64,000 nt of DNA from assembly GCF_009914755.1 (NCBI RefSeq), contig NC_060944.1, one strand, 5' to 3'. The translations under genes were made by a program, and so were the position numbers. Each line of letters starts with the position of its first letter. The first letter of the stretch is position 1. Shown here one piece after another: positions 1 to 14,938 of this stretch. Below the pieces are notes generated by a model, which had not been told where the DNA came from, searched no databases, and saw nothing but the letters and a program-made list of their open reading frames with translations. This DNA comes from the human T2T-CHM13v2.0 reference genome, Homo sapiens.

Positions 1-2
<2 letters not shown>

Positions 3-35
<33 letters not shown>

Positions 36-43
36 GTCTCTGT

Positions 44-85
<42 letters not shown>
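3..85. repeat. Compound (TC)n-(TG)n microsatellite
   Basis: Visible directly: TC run grading through TGTC into about 19 TG units. Confidence 0.97.
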
Positions 86-88
<3 letters not shown>

Positions 89-779
89 ATAAGCCTGCCC
101 CAACAAGCCTATTTACTCAGAATGTAAAACAAATTTACCGTAGTATATCGACTAAATACACATCGGGTATCAATTTTATTTGTTGCAGGAATGAGTATAC
201 TGTGTGAGTCTCTTAAAAGGTTGATACTCTGGTTTCAGCCTAACCTCAGCCTTGATCTGAATCCAAGGTTTCTAAGCCTCTCTTTCTTATCCCCTGGCTC
301 TACCCTTTAATTCCGCATCAAATCGTTCTCTTCGGCAGTCTTACCCCGAATCAGCGGTGTTGACCTCACATGGAATCACAGAACCATTCCCCTCATTTCC
401 TCTCCCTGTTTTTCGTATTCAACCTCTGTTGACCCTTCCCAGGTGTTACTCATGTGATGTATTCTGTAGGCTAAGTCATTTCCCCGCGCTGAGTTTCCCA
501 TTTATTTCTTCCACTGCCAAAATGTCTTTTTCCCTCTGTATCCTTCACAACCCCTGTGTTGCACATCTATCACCTTTATATGTGTCCTGAGCCTTGCGAT
601 TCTCCATCTGCACTCCTGATCACTTTCTCTTCCTCACTCTGAGCCCTTCATTCTCCGTGTTGAGTAAAAATTCTTGGCCTCAAGGAGCTTTCATCGGCAA
701 TGCTAATATTTTAAATATTATGATTACTTTTCTCTCTGCCATAAAAATCTCCCAAAACATCCATATGATCAGTGTAGAA

Positions 780-971
780 CACTGATTCTCAGTCAGGGAG
801 GGGTGATTTTGCCCACTAAGAGACATTTATAGTTGTCACAACTGGTGGGGGTCCTTCTGTCTTCTGGTGGGGAGAGACCAGGGATGCTGCGGAACAATAC
901 TCCAAAGCCCAGTACAGCCCCACAACAAAGGAATATTCAAATGCCAATAATGCTAAGGTTGAAAAACTCTG
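780..971 (+). mobile_element. MER20 (hAT-Charlie DNA transposon)
   Basis: GATTTTGCCC...GTTGTCACAACTGG...AGGGATGCTGC...CCCCACAACAAAG...AAGGTTGAAAAACTCTG; degenerate 8-bp TSD gtgtagaa/gtatagat. Confidence 0.85.
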
Positions 972-1045
972 GTATAGATTAGAAAGTGTATTTATCTTAA
1001 AAAGCTAAAATAGAACTAAGACACAATGCAAGCATAAGGATAGTT

Positions 1046-1277
1046 AATAATAAAACAATAATAACTCAAATGTATTTGGCATTTGTCATGTAGCAGGCAC
1101 CGTGCCAACAGTTTTCCCTTCTTTGCCTTATTTGATCCTCATGATTACCCTATAAGGTAGGAACTATTATGATCCCCCTTGCAAATGATAAAACTGTGGC
1201 CCAAATAAGTTAAATTATGTAACTAAGGTCACACAGCTGATTAAGGACTAAGCTGAGATCCAATCCCAGGCAGCCAA
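1046..1277 (-). mobile_element. MIR SINE
   Basis: MIR core in antisense: TGATCCTCATGATTACCCTATAAGGTAGG...GATAAAACTGTGGCCCAA...AAGGTCACACAGCT. Confidence 0.85.
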
Positions 1278-2296
1278 ATGGGAAGGGCTTCTTTATTTTG
1301 AACTGCTGTGATGAGCACTGATACATCTAGAAACAGATGTGCCATATACTGCAGAGCGAGGATCCTCTAACTGAGGTCTCTTGGATAGGATTCCGGAGGT
1401 CTTTGAGCCCCCTGGAAATAAATGCAGTATTTCCATCAATGTGCATTTTTTTTTTTTTCTGGGAAGGGGGATGTGGTTCAAACAGTCAAATTATCTCAGA
1501 AAGATTTGCAACCAGAAATACACTGGGAATCCATGAACAGCTTGCTCTTGACTTTCAGGAAAGGAGAAGTTTTGTGCCCTGGATTAGGCTGCCTTTCTGC
1601 AAAGGTGGGCTCAAAAATTCTGACCAGACTATGGACCATCCTTGATTAAACTTGATAAATCATTTGGCAACCTTGAATTTCCAAGGACTGTTAAAGGGCA
1701 CAAAGCAAATTTAATAAAAATCTTAAGAAATGGGGTGACCTTAGGTGATCTATTTATATAAGATTAGGAAATATAATGGCTTCAGGTACTAACGGTTTCA
1801 CAGTATTGACCTATCCATGTCACAGGACTCTTTGCCTGGGTGTTGCTGATATTTTCCTCTGTGATTCTCACTGTCCCTGAATTCGTGGCTCACCTAGTCC
1901 CCTACAAATTTACATATTTGCTTATCTGTGTTAATACCTTCAATCTGGTTACCTCCAGCTTTGATGGTTTAGGAATCACATTGATGCTTCTTTACATATC
2001 GTAATTGATTACATCTAGCATCTAGGACATTTTTTTAACACCCATCTCATGTGTATCAACTTTGGTAAACATTCCCTTTGGTTGCAGTCATTTGTTGACT
2101 CTATTTTCCTTATTGATAATCTTTTCAGCTGCAAATGATGATATATTTATTTCCTTTCAAATCCTTAGCCCTTTAATTAGCTTTTCTTTTTTTGATGTAT
2201 TGGCTGGGACCTTCAGAACAGTGTTGTAAAGTAACAGTGATGTGCATGCTTGTTTTATTGTTAGCTTTGATAGCAAATCTTCTAAATTTTCACAAT

Positions 2297-2961
<665 letters not shown>

Positions 2962-3591
2962 ACCACTTAAAATGATGTTTGTTATTGGGGCTTTTCCTAC
3001 TAAAATTTCTTCTTTCCAGTGCTATGTTGCTAATTCCCCATTATTGTAAAAAATCATTTAAAATTATTAAATTTTATCCATTTTGCATCTACCAAGGACA
3101 TCAGATGACTTTTAACTTTTTATTTCTAAGTTGACTTTGCATTTTTCTGCTTTTATACATGATGCTGTGGTTTCCCAGAGAACAATCATATTTAAGGGAC
3201 TTTGAAGTAGGAGGCATTCACTGTCACCACCCATGGGCGTCCTACAGCTACATTCAATATGTTCTTGGAAATACATGGGCTACAATGTAATGACTACTCA
3301 AAATATTGCTAACATGACCTACTTAGACATAAGGTAGGGGAGAAAGAATATTTAGCATTTTCCATAAATATATATGTCTCCAGATGTACCTATTCACAGG
3401 GAGTCAGAACAAAACAGCATTATGAAATGTTCCATGAGGTCTCCAGGGCCATACATCAACTGAACTCAGCCAGCAGCATGTCTTCTTCAGAAGTGTATCT
3501 TTAGTCTTTGAGACTGCCCATGACCAATAAAAGAAACGAGGAAATTTTATGATGAAGTTTATTTTTCCAATATTTTTCCAATATTGAAATA

Positions 3592-4968
<1,377 letters not shown>

Positions 4969-5159
4969 ATATAATTTTCTCATTGAAGAACACTTGGAAA
5001 ATAGAGCAAGAGAAAAAAATTACATATAACCCCATCCCAAAAGCACTTGTGAGTATAAAAATGTATATCTTTCCAATAGTCATTTTGATTGGTATAATTT
5101 TACATCTGTTGGTTTTACATACTTGTGATCATGCTGCTTAAAGAATTTTGTTCCCTTTT

Positions 5160-5550
5160 TAAAAACAGACTTTACTTTTTAGAGGAGTTTTAAGTTCACA
5201 GCAAAATTGAGTGGTAAGTACAGAGAGCTCCCATTATACCTCATATCCCCACATAAGTACAGACTCCCCTACCAGCAACATCATGCACCAGAGTGATACA
5301 TTTGTTACAGTCAATGAACCTACGTTGGCACATCATCACCCAAAGTCCATAGTTTACTTTAGGGTTTACTCTTAGTGACGTACATTCTATGGGCTTCTAA
5401 CAAATGTATCATAACGTGTATCCACCATTATCATGTCACATAGAATCATACTGCCCTAATAATCCTCTGTGTCTTTGAATTTATTAATCTCTGTCTCACT
5501 GAGTAACCACTGGTAACCACTGATCTTTTTACTATCTTCATAGTTTTGCT
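5160..5550 (-). mobile_element. L1MC1/2-like 3' UTR fragment
   Basis: TTCACAGCAAAATTGAG...ACATTTGTTACAGTCAATGAACCTAC...CACCCAAAGTCCATAGTTTAC. Confidence 0.85.
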
Positions 5551-5756
5551 ATTTTCTTTTATATATTTTTTGATGTTAATATATAGGTTTTATTAATTCA
5601 TCTGCGTAATAATCCATTGAGTGGATACATAATAGCTTATTTAACTTTTTAAGTGAATTAAACTGAGTTGTTACAGGTTTTCACTTGTTTACGGTTTTTC
5701 CTTTGCTATTTTGCATTCTTTTCATAGGGTCAATTTCAGAAGTACAGCCATTAGGT

Positions 5757-6010
5757 CCAAAGTCTCAGCCAATGTATCGAATAAATCTAGCCTGCAGACA
5801 AATTTGGCCTGGCCAGCATATTTGTTTATATATACATATATATATTAATGGAGCCCATAGTTAGCACAGTTTACATACAAATCTGAATTTCCTATTTTCC
5901 TTGAAAAAAAACCAGGAGATCTGTTGACACCAGGTGTTTCCATATGTCAGCAAGAAGCTGGACCTGTGTAGCTACCACCCCTTTAGAGAGACAGCAATCA
6001 CATCCTCTGT
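5757..6010 (-). mobile_element. MER102-like hAT element
   Basis: AAATCTGAATTTCC...TTGAAAAA...GATCTGTTGACACCAGG...CCCCTTTAGA. Confidence 0.6.
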
Positions 6011-7327
6011 GAGCAGTAGAGTTTGATTTTCACTAAATGTGATTAGCAAATGGTTTTTAAAGACAAAAGAACCATAGTTTATTTGCTGTGTTATATTTTG
6101 ATTTATAGTCCACATTTTTTTTCAAAGGAATTTAAGATGTCTCAACAAACTGGTATATGGATGTGTGGGAAATACTTCCGTAATAATGAACTGTGCTGAG
6201 TTCGTGGAGCATTAAAAAGTGCTTCGGTTCAAGCTATTCTATTCCACCTTTTCAAAAGGTGGGTTCTTCCCTGAACCATTGCATAGTGAGAAGTTTAGTA
6301 TCTACAAAAGGTGTGGTGTTTCGTGGTTTTGCATCTTGTTTGATCTTCACACTGGACAGTAGCAACTATAAATTTTAAAAAGTTTTCTTTCTAAAATTAC
6401 TCTGGAAGCTTACATGCAGATGACCATTGCTCTGCTCCACCACCTTTGCTGGCCCCCTACAGCCTCTGCAATGCTCTCTCCATTCATTAGCCATTCATTA
6501 GCTCCTCCCACCCTGACTTCACCCATTTAATTGTTCCCCTCTCTAAAGGTCCATTTAAAATGTGATCTTCTCTCTCATACTGCAGAAATACTACTTTTTC
6601 CCTTATAAATGCCCATCGCCTTAATTTCTGCCTCCGGTATGGCCGTTGCTACTTTTTCATTTTATATTTTAGGTGGTTGGGTGGATGACTTACCTCTTCT
6701 ACAAGACCTTTGAGGTTTTCTTTTTTTTTTTTTTTTCATGAAAGTTTATGTCTACAAGACGCTGTTGAGAGCAACTTGATTCCTCATTCATTTTTGTTTC
6801 CCACAAAGTTTATGCCTGAAATGTGTGTATAAACAACATTTGAAAGAAGAAATGGAAATCTCCCATCACTACATCTCAGTATGAAGAGATGGAGGGAAGT
6901 TAAGTCCTAAATGACCAGATTTGGATGTTACATGACAGGTGGCTTCTGCACAGTAAACTGAGGCAGAACTGTAAGTGATGAGTAGGTATTCAAGAATGAA
7001 AGAGATCATGACCAAGGACAGCCACATCCGACCATTCGTTGTGTTTTGTTGATATGCCCTGACAATAGATGACATAACCAAAGAAAGAAACTGCTGGGGG
7101 ATACAGGCCTATACCTCTGGATATATTTTTCTATTGTGATTTTAGCTTCAGAGCAACTTCCCTCTGACATAACGAAGACTCTTGAGTATTGAAGATGAAT
7201 ATTTATTGGGGAAAAATGCAATGGGAAATAAAGAAATCAGAAGATTGGAGATGCTTGACAAACTACTGGAAATTTTATTCCCAAGTAATTTATTTCTTAT
7301 TTGTATCAATTTGATAAATATTATGTA

Positions 7328-7790
7328 AGTTACGATTATGTTGAATTGCAAATAACAAGAGCAGGTGTTTATTTTTTTTTACATAATAACAAGTCCAGAG
7401 GTGTGTTTAGATGACTGTGCAATGGCTAGGCCACTGGTTCTGATGTTCTTGGCTTCTTCCTTATGGTCACAAGATGGCTGCTTCAGTACCAGTTCTTATA
7501 TCTGCATTTAAGAGATTAAAAAAGAAAAAGAAGAAGAAAAAGAAAAAGAGGCACAGGTACTTCTGCAACTGCATCTGTCCTCTTTTATCAGGAAAGCAAA
7601 TGTGTTCCTAGGAAGCCACTGGTGGACTTGGTTTGTTTCATGGCTATGTTGTCTCGCATGGCTATGTATCGCCAAAAGGGAACCTTTGAAAGGAAATATT
7701 TCATTGAATGTTTTTATACTCTGAAAATAAAGTCATGTTTATTATATATGAGATAAAAGAGAATGGTTATTAAACAGGTAATAGACAGAA
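7328..7790 (-). mobile_element. Old MLT1 (J/K/L-like) LTR
   Basis: AAGTCCAGAGGTG...CAAGATGGCTGC...TTTTATCAGGAAAGCAAA. Confidence 0.55.
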
Positions 7791-7939
7791 TTGGTCACTG
7801 CCATTTAATTCCAATGTCAGGGGTCCCTAAATTCAGCATTCTGGGATTACCTTTTCTTTTAAAGCTCAACTGTAATAGTATTCTCTGGGCCCTCATTCAA
7901 TCTAAGGGTTCTTTTTCTCCCTCCATGTTGAGAATCTGA

Positions 7940-8862
<923 letters not shown>

Positions 8863-9557
8863 TCCTTCTTTCTTATACAGACCCATTAAACTATCTTTGC
8901 AACATCAGTCTCTGAACTCACCTTTGTCATCCAAATAAGCCATCAAGGTTTCCTAAGTAAAGAGCTATCCACATGGATATGGATTAGGCAACTACCCCTA
9001 GAATAGAAAAATGACTGCAGTCAGTTGCTTGAAATACTCTTTTTCCTTTCTCCTCCCCACAAATGAAAATAAACACTTATTATTTTCAAGTTCTGAAAAA
9101 TAGTGTTTTAGGTCTGAAATGTTCAGAAATCTCAACATCAGACACTCGGAAGAAAATATGGAGTCAGTGGGACATGAGTCTGTTCTGTTTAAATCTACAT
9201 TCAAGTATGTTAAGGTCAGTTTTATCATGCAACCATCATTTCTGTAGTTTTAACTTACTGTCTCTGAATATGTTGTCTTTGTGATGCATGAAACAGTGTC
9301 AAAATCAGGAACGCGACTTAATGTATTATTCTCAACACTTATGATGATAAAATATCATTGGTCTGTTGTGAGTAATGCTCATAAATGTCGTCCGCTTAAC
9401 CATATTCAAACCACATGCAAACTTTCTAACCATATGCAACTTCCCATTTGTGATGGTCACCTTCACTCATAGTTTAGAAAATGTTGTGGTTGATTATCCC
9501 CCAGCTCTAGTGGTGGGCTGAGATTCGGTTAAACCAACCAGCATATGTCATTATCCA

Positions 9558-10496
9558 TGGTAGTAAGCAGCTTTGGAAATAGCTCCCATGGGGTCCCCAC
9601 CTCCTGGTATTCATGCTGTTGTGTAATCCCTGCTTTTTGAGTGTGGATGGACTTATCACTTGCTAATTGATATGGTTTTGCTGTGTCCCCACCCAATTCT
9701 CATCTTGAATTCCCACATATTGTGGGAGGGACCTGGTGGGAGGTAATTGAATCATGGGGCAAGTCTTTCCCATGTTATTCTCATGATAGTGAATAAGTCT
9801 CATGAGATCTGATGATTTTTAAAAGAGAAATTCCCCTGCCCAAGCTCTCTCTCTTTGCCTGCTGCCATCCATGGAAGACGTGGATTGCTCTTCCTTGCCT
9901 TCTGCCTTGATTTTGAGGCTTCCCCAGCCACATGGAACTGTAAGTCCAATTAAACCTCTTTCTTTTGTAAATTGCTTGGTCTCAGGTATGTCTTTATCAG
10001 CAGCATGAAAATGGAATAATACACTAATAATGACTAAAATATGGCAGAAATGATGGGATATCCCTTCCAGGATTAGGTTATTAGAGACTGTGACTTTCAT
10101 CTCTCTTGTTTGCTTGCTCTCATGAAGCCAGCTGCCTTGTTGTGAACTGCCCTACAGAGAGGCCACATGGCAAAAAGCTGAGCATGGTCTCTGCCGAACA
10201 GCCATTGAGGACCTGAGGCTCTCAGTCCAACAGCCCACAGTGAATTGAATCCTGCCAGTAACCACTGAGTGGGTTTGGGAGAGGATCCTGGTGAACCTTG
10301 AAATGACTGGAGTCCTGGTTGACACCACAATTGGAGCTTACAAAAGACTCTGAGCTGGAGGACCTAGTGAAGCCATATTTGGATCTCTGGCCCATAGAAA
10401 CTGTGAGGTAATAAGTGCATGTTATTTTAAGCTGCTAAGTTTGGCAGAAGAAGGAGGGGAGTGTAATTTGTTACATAGCAATAGATAACTGATACA
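9558..10496 (+). mobile_element. MLT1F-like LTR, interrupted by THE1C
   Basis: CCCCACCTCCTGGTATTCATGC...TATGGCAGAAATGATGGGAT...GAAGCCAGCTGCC...TTGTTACATAGCAATAGATAACTGATACA. Confidence 0.85.
9668..10023 (+). mobile_element. THE1C-like solo LTR
   Basis: TGATATGGTTTTGCTGTGTCCCCACCC...AATACA; perfect 5-bp TSD CTAAT (9663-9667/10024-10028). Confidence 0.93.
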
Positions 10497-11715
10497 CTCC
10501 TAGTTACAAAAGTTTGTCCAGGTATGTGCATGTGAGCAATTGAGCCAATGGTAAGTAGGCTGATCCTCGACTTTTCAACTGGTAGAAGGAGAGGGGAGGG
10601 AAGGAAAAAAGAAAGCAAGAGAGGAGGTGGCGGGCGTGGAGAGAGAGAGAGAGAGAGAGACTATTTTCTGCCATCTATGAAGCAAAGAAGTTGTTCTATA
10701 GCTGTTGTCATCTTGCGACTTTGTGGAGGTAACCTGTCTTAAAAGAAAGCTAACACAAATCAGAAAGCATAGCTGAGAGAGAGGGAGATACCAGGTTCTA
10801 GGGCATCATTTAAATACCTTCATCACACTGTGTCTGAAGCCAGTGGATGTGAATCACTGGATTCCCTTTTTTTCTTAAGCCAGTTTCCATTTTTTTTTGT
10901 AACCCAGACTTTGACCTGATACAAACTGTAATTAGCTGATGATCAAAACTTCAGCTGTCCAAAGAAGGACTTGTCACCCTAAAACAGATGTTCCAAATTT
11001 TGTCTCAACTGACACAATTTGGAGCATCTGTTTACAGCTTTACAGGAAGGGGGAGAAGGTATTTTTAAGTGTGTGAGCACAAGTTAAAAAAGTAATTGGA
11101 AACTAAGTAAGTACAAAAACATCTTCAATCAAAGAAACATTTTGTAAGCTGAAATATTGTTCATTTTTATGATGGTATGTGTATATCTTCATATATAAAA
11201 CTTCACTGTCATTAGAAAATGTCACACAAAATAACAAATACACCTTTTTCAATCTGGTTATAAATATGCAGAATGGAGTTTATTTACCAAAGTGTTACAC
11301 ATTTCCAACTGATAATATATCAATAAAAGCTCTCACTCCAAGATGTCATTAAAGCCACGTTTGTTCATTTCTATTTATTATGAGAAAAAAAAAACAAAAT
11401 GAAAAAAGTGGATTTGAGTCATATTTCCTGTGAGTTCATCATTTGCTGGCATATAACACTTGTGAATTTTATTCAATTCATTTAAAATGATTTCTTACAT
11501 GCAGCCAGAAAGTTGAGGGTGGCAAGGAATTCAAAATGATCAGCAGGCATCCAAGATTTCTCAGGAGACAGATTTAGAATCACAACTGAGGTATGTTTTC
11601 CTTAAGGAATGTATCGTAGAAAAACTAGTTCTAATGAACCAGAATTTGTTCCTAATAAATTCGGCTCATTTGTGTTTTGAAATTAGTAGACTCAAATGAC
11701 CTTCTTAAAATGAGG

Positions 11716-11827
11716 TTTCTTCCTTTCTTCCCTTCCCTTCCCTTCCCTTCCCTCCCCTCCCCTCCCCTCCCCTTCCCTCCCCTCCCCTTCCCTCCCCTCC
11801 CCTCCCCTCCCCTTCTCTTCCCTTTCC
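11716..11827. repeat. (CCCTT/CCCCT)n pyrimidine pentamer repeat
   Basis: Visible directly. Confidence 0.95.
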
Positions 11828-11899
11828 AATATAGACCAAGATCTATGGTACCCATTTCAAATGCCCTCAGAACTCATTCTTTTTTCGTGTTTATTTCAT

Positions 11900-12274
11900 A
11901 AAAGTGGGCATTCTATCTATACCAACCTTTGCACCTAACATGTAACCTGTTTTGGCCAGTGGGATGTTAGCCAGCATCACACAAGGAGAGGTCCTTTTGC
12001 TCCTCTGTCTCTGTCAAAAAAACAAAACAAAACAAAACCAGGCTATCCTGATGGAGAATTACACATCTGGCTCAGGTGTAGCAGCCAACAGCCAGTGAGG
12101 CATAGAGTGAACCTAGCATCACAAGAAGAACTACCTAGCCCAGCCCAGCCCAAATCTCTGACCTGCAGATCTGTGATTTAAATACATGCTCGTTGTTTTT
12201 AGCCACTGTATGTGTGTGCGTGGTGTTCAGGCAAGTGTTTTTCAACATTATCATGGTAATAGGTAACTGGTACA
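11900..12274 (+). mobile_element. MLT1G/H-like LTR
   Basis: TTTGGCCAGTGGGATGTTAGC...GTTGTTTTAGCCACTG...GTAATAGGTAACTGGTACA. Confidence 0.65.
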
Positions 12275-12369
12275 CACCTAACACCTGAATAACCGATTAT
12301 ATGGTTGAAATATCTGGAATGATTCTGATTTCCTATACTGCGTCCTGACTGATACAGAAGTTTATAGAC

Positions 12370-12545
12370 ATTTTCTCATTTAATTGTCACAACTACCTAA
12401 CATGGCAGGTATTGTTGCTGTCCCATTTTACAGATCAGGATGCTAACTAAATCATTCAAGTCCATACAACTCCGAAATGGCAGAGTGGAAAGCAAACCAG
12501 GATGCTGAATTTGAAAGCCCACATTCTTAACCATCAGACCACACT
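12370..12545 (-). mobile_element. MIR
   Basis: CTCATTTAATTGTCACAAC...CCCATTTTACAGAT...AAAGCCCACATTCTTAACCA. Confidence 0.75.
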
Positions 12546-14576
12546 GACTGACTCAGTTTTCACACTGAGAGTGAAAAATATTAGCAAGTTTCCTCTGGAA
12601 AGATCTAGAAGATAGGTTTACAAGGTCTAAATTGAATGGGAGCTATAAAGGAAGTACAGGTTTCATGCAGAGAATCTGAAGCTCTATGTCCACTTGCATA
12701 TTTTAGAGCTGAATTCTTGGAGGGTTGTGCAGCCTCTTCATCTAATACAATTGGATTTGGCCCTATCTTCAGATTTAGTCATTTCTTCCATGACAGCATA
12801 TTAAATGACAATCTCAAATAAAGACCACTCATCTGAACAAAGGGAACACGCCCCACTCAGGCCCTTCTTTGATTTATAACCAATTCTCTTTTAACATGTG
12901 GACCCAACAAACGAGAGATAGCTTACTAGCTCGAACAATGAACTTGTTAGTTAACAGAATTAACAGTGTGTTGTTTCATTGTGATGACAGTAATAAAACA
13001 GGAGACGTGAAGCAGATATAGTCACAACTAAATCGTAATGGATGAGATATTTACAGCAAAGCTGTTAAAACATTGAATAAAATATGGGAAGAGCAAAAGC
13101 AGATGTGTTTTTATTCTTCTGAGTTGAAGCTTGCAAGGTAAAAAGATAGTTTGAGTAATAATCGCAGGTTCTGATTCACAATGAATTAATAAATATTCAT
13201 ATGGTACCAGCCGCTGAAACTTTCCAGATACAGAAATAAAGTGAGAAAGCCTGTTCTTGCCTTACACTTTACTAAGTTTAGATTTCCAGACACACATGTC
13301 AATATCTCCATTAGGTTCCTGTAAAAGTTCTCTTTTATTTTCCACTGCGTTCCAAGTCTTGATGGTGAAACATTCATCTTTCCTGTTTTGTTCCAAATGT
13401 CACAGTATTTCCCCCACTCAAACCACAAGAAAGTAGAAAGAAGTGATGGTCTATTAATAAAGAAGAGACCTATAATTTAAGTAGAAGATAGAGGTGGAAG
13501 GAAATGAGCATTTCTCTTTGAATTAGGCACAGGCAAATGAGCTATATATCCCATTGGATGTCCACATCCCCAAATGAATTAGAACGGTGGGATGCCTGAT
13601 TTTGCAACAGCAAGCAAAACACATTTATGCGTTTTTCTTTTGTGATTATCATTGTCTTTGTTTTAAAGGAGCCGGGAGTTTTTTGAGAGCACAAGGGAAT
13701 GCTACCACATTACTCAGGGTTGAAACAACTTGGGAAGCATAATTTGGGGGGTGTGAAAGCATCAGGATGCTTGGTCCAGGTTTGTTTTCCTGCATTTCAG
13801 AAAAACAGCTGCTGGAAAAAGAAGGGAGAGGCTTGGCGCAGAACTGGTTTGGATTTTTTTGGGAGGGAGAAAGGAAGAAAGTGAGACAAGAGTGTCTTGC
13901 AGGGGCTCAGATCTCCCTGGCTGGGGGCCACAGCCCTCCCCTCTTGAGTACCTGGTTTGGGTATTGGAGGCTTCCTGATGGATGTCCATGAGCTCTGCAG
14001 TCGGTAGCACAACAGGGCTCCTTGAGGTTGCTATGACATCCTTTGTTCCCCATTTCCCTGCTTTTATTGGCATATGTACCTTGGCTTGTATGTAGAACCC
14101 GAGGGCTTTGTGTTGCATTTTCATTTTCCCCTCTGTTTTATTAATCACTGCGTCCTTTTCTCTCCCTGCACATCCCCAAGTCTTCTCCCTAGACTTGCAC
14201 AGGAATCTTTCATTTGGGTTCCATTCTTTGTTTTCCCTCAGATGATCTCTGTTGGCTGTAAATGAGTTTTTGTTGTTTCTCACCCTCTCTCCCCTCCTTG
14301 GCCTTCGTATTATTTTTTCCTTTTAATTAATTCCATCCCCACAGACTTACATTTGCGTTTTTTCATTTTCCTATTCTTCTCTGTCTTCTTTGAAAATCTC
14401 AGGGTAATGTTCTGGGCACTTGTCTGTGGCTCGGAGTTCTAGGAAGGGAGAGGCCGGGGAGGGGGGCTTCCAAGCAAGTAGGGCACAAGACCAGCAGGAA
14501 GAAGCAGCCCCAAGCCAGGACTCACCAAGGAAGCCTCTTACCAAGTGCCTTCTGGTCAAAAGAAGGTTATTTCCAG

Positions 14577-14938
<362 letters not shown>

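Larger units (their letters stand above)
9484..10923 (+). mobile_element. Old MLT1J/K-like LTR (outer host of nested MLT1F and THE1C)
   Basis: 5' part 9484-9557; 3' part 10497-10923 (GCCAATGG...GCTAACACA...TGTCTGAAGCCAG...TTAAGCCAGTT...TGATACA). Confidence 0.55.

Noticed and set aside
13762-14283. 173-aa minus-strand ORF in unique DNA
   Set aside because: Non-ATG start, no recognisable domain, and low-complexity purine bias explains the lack of stops.
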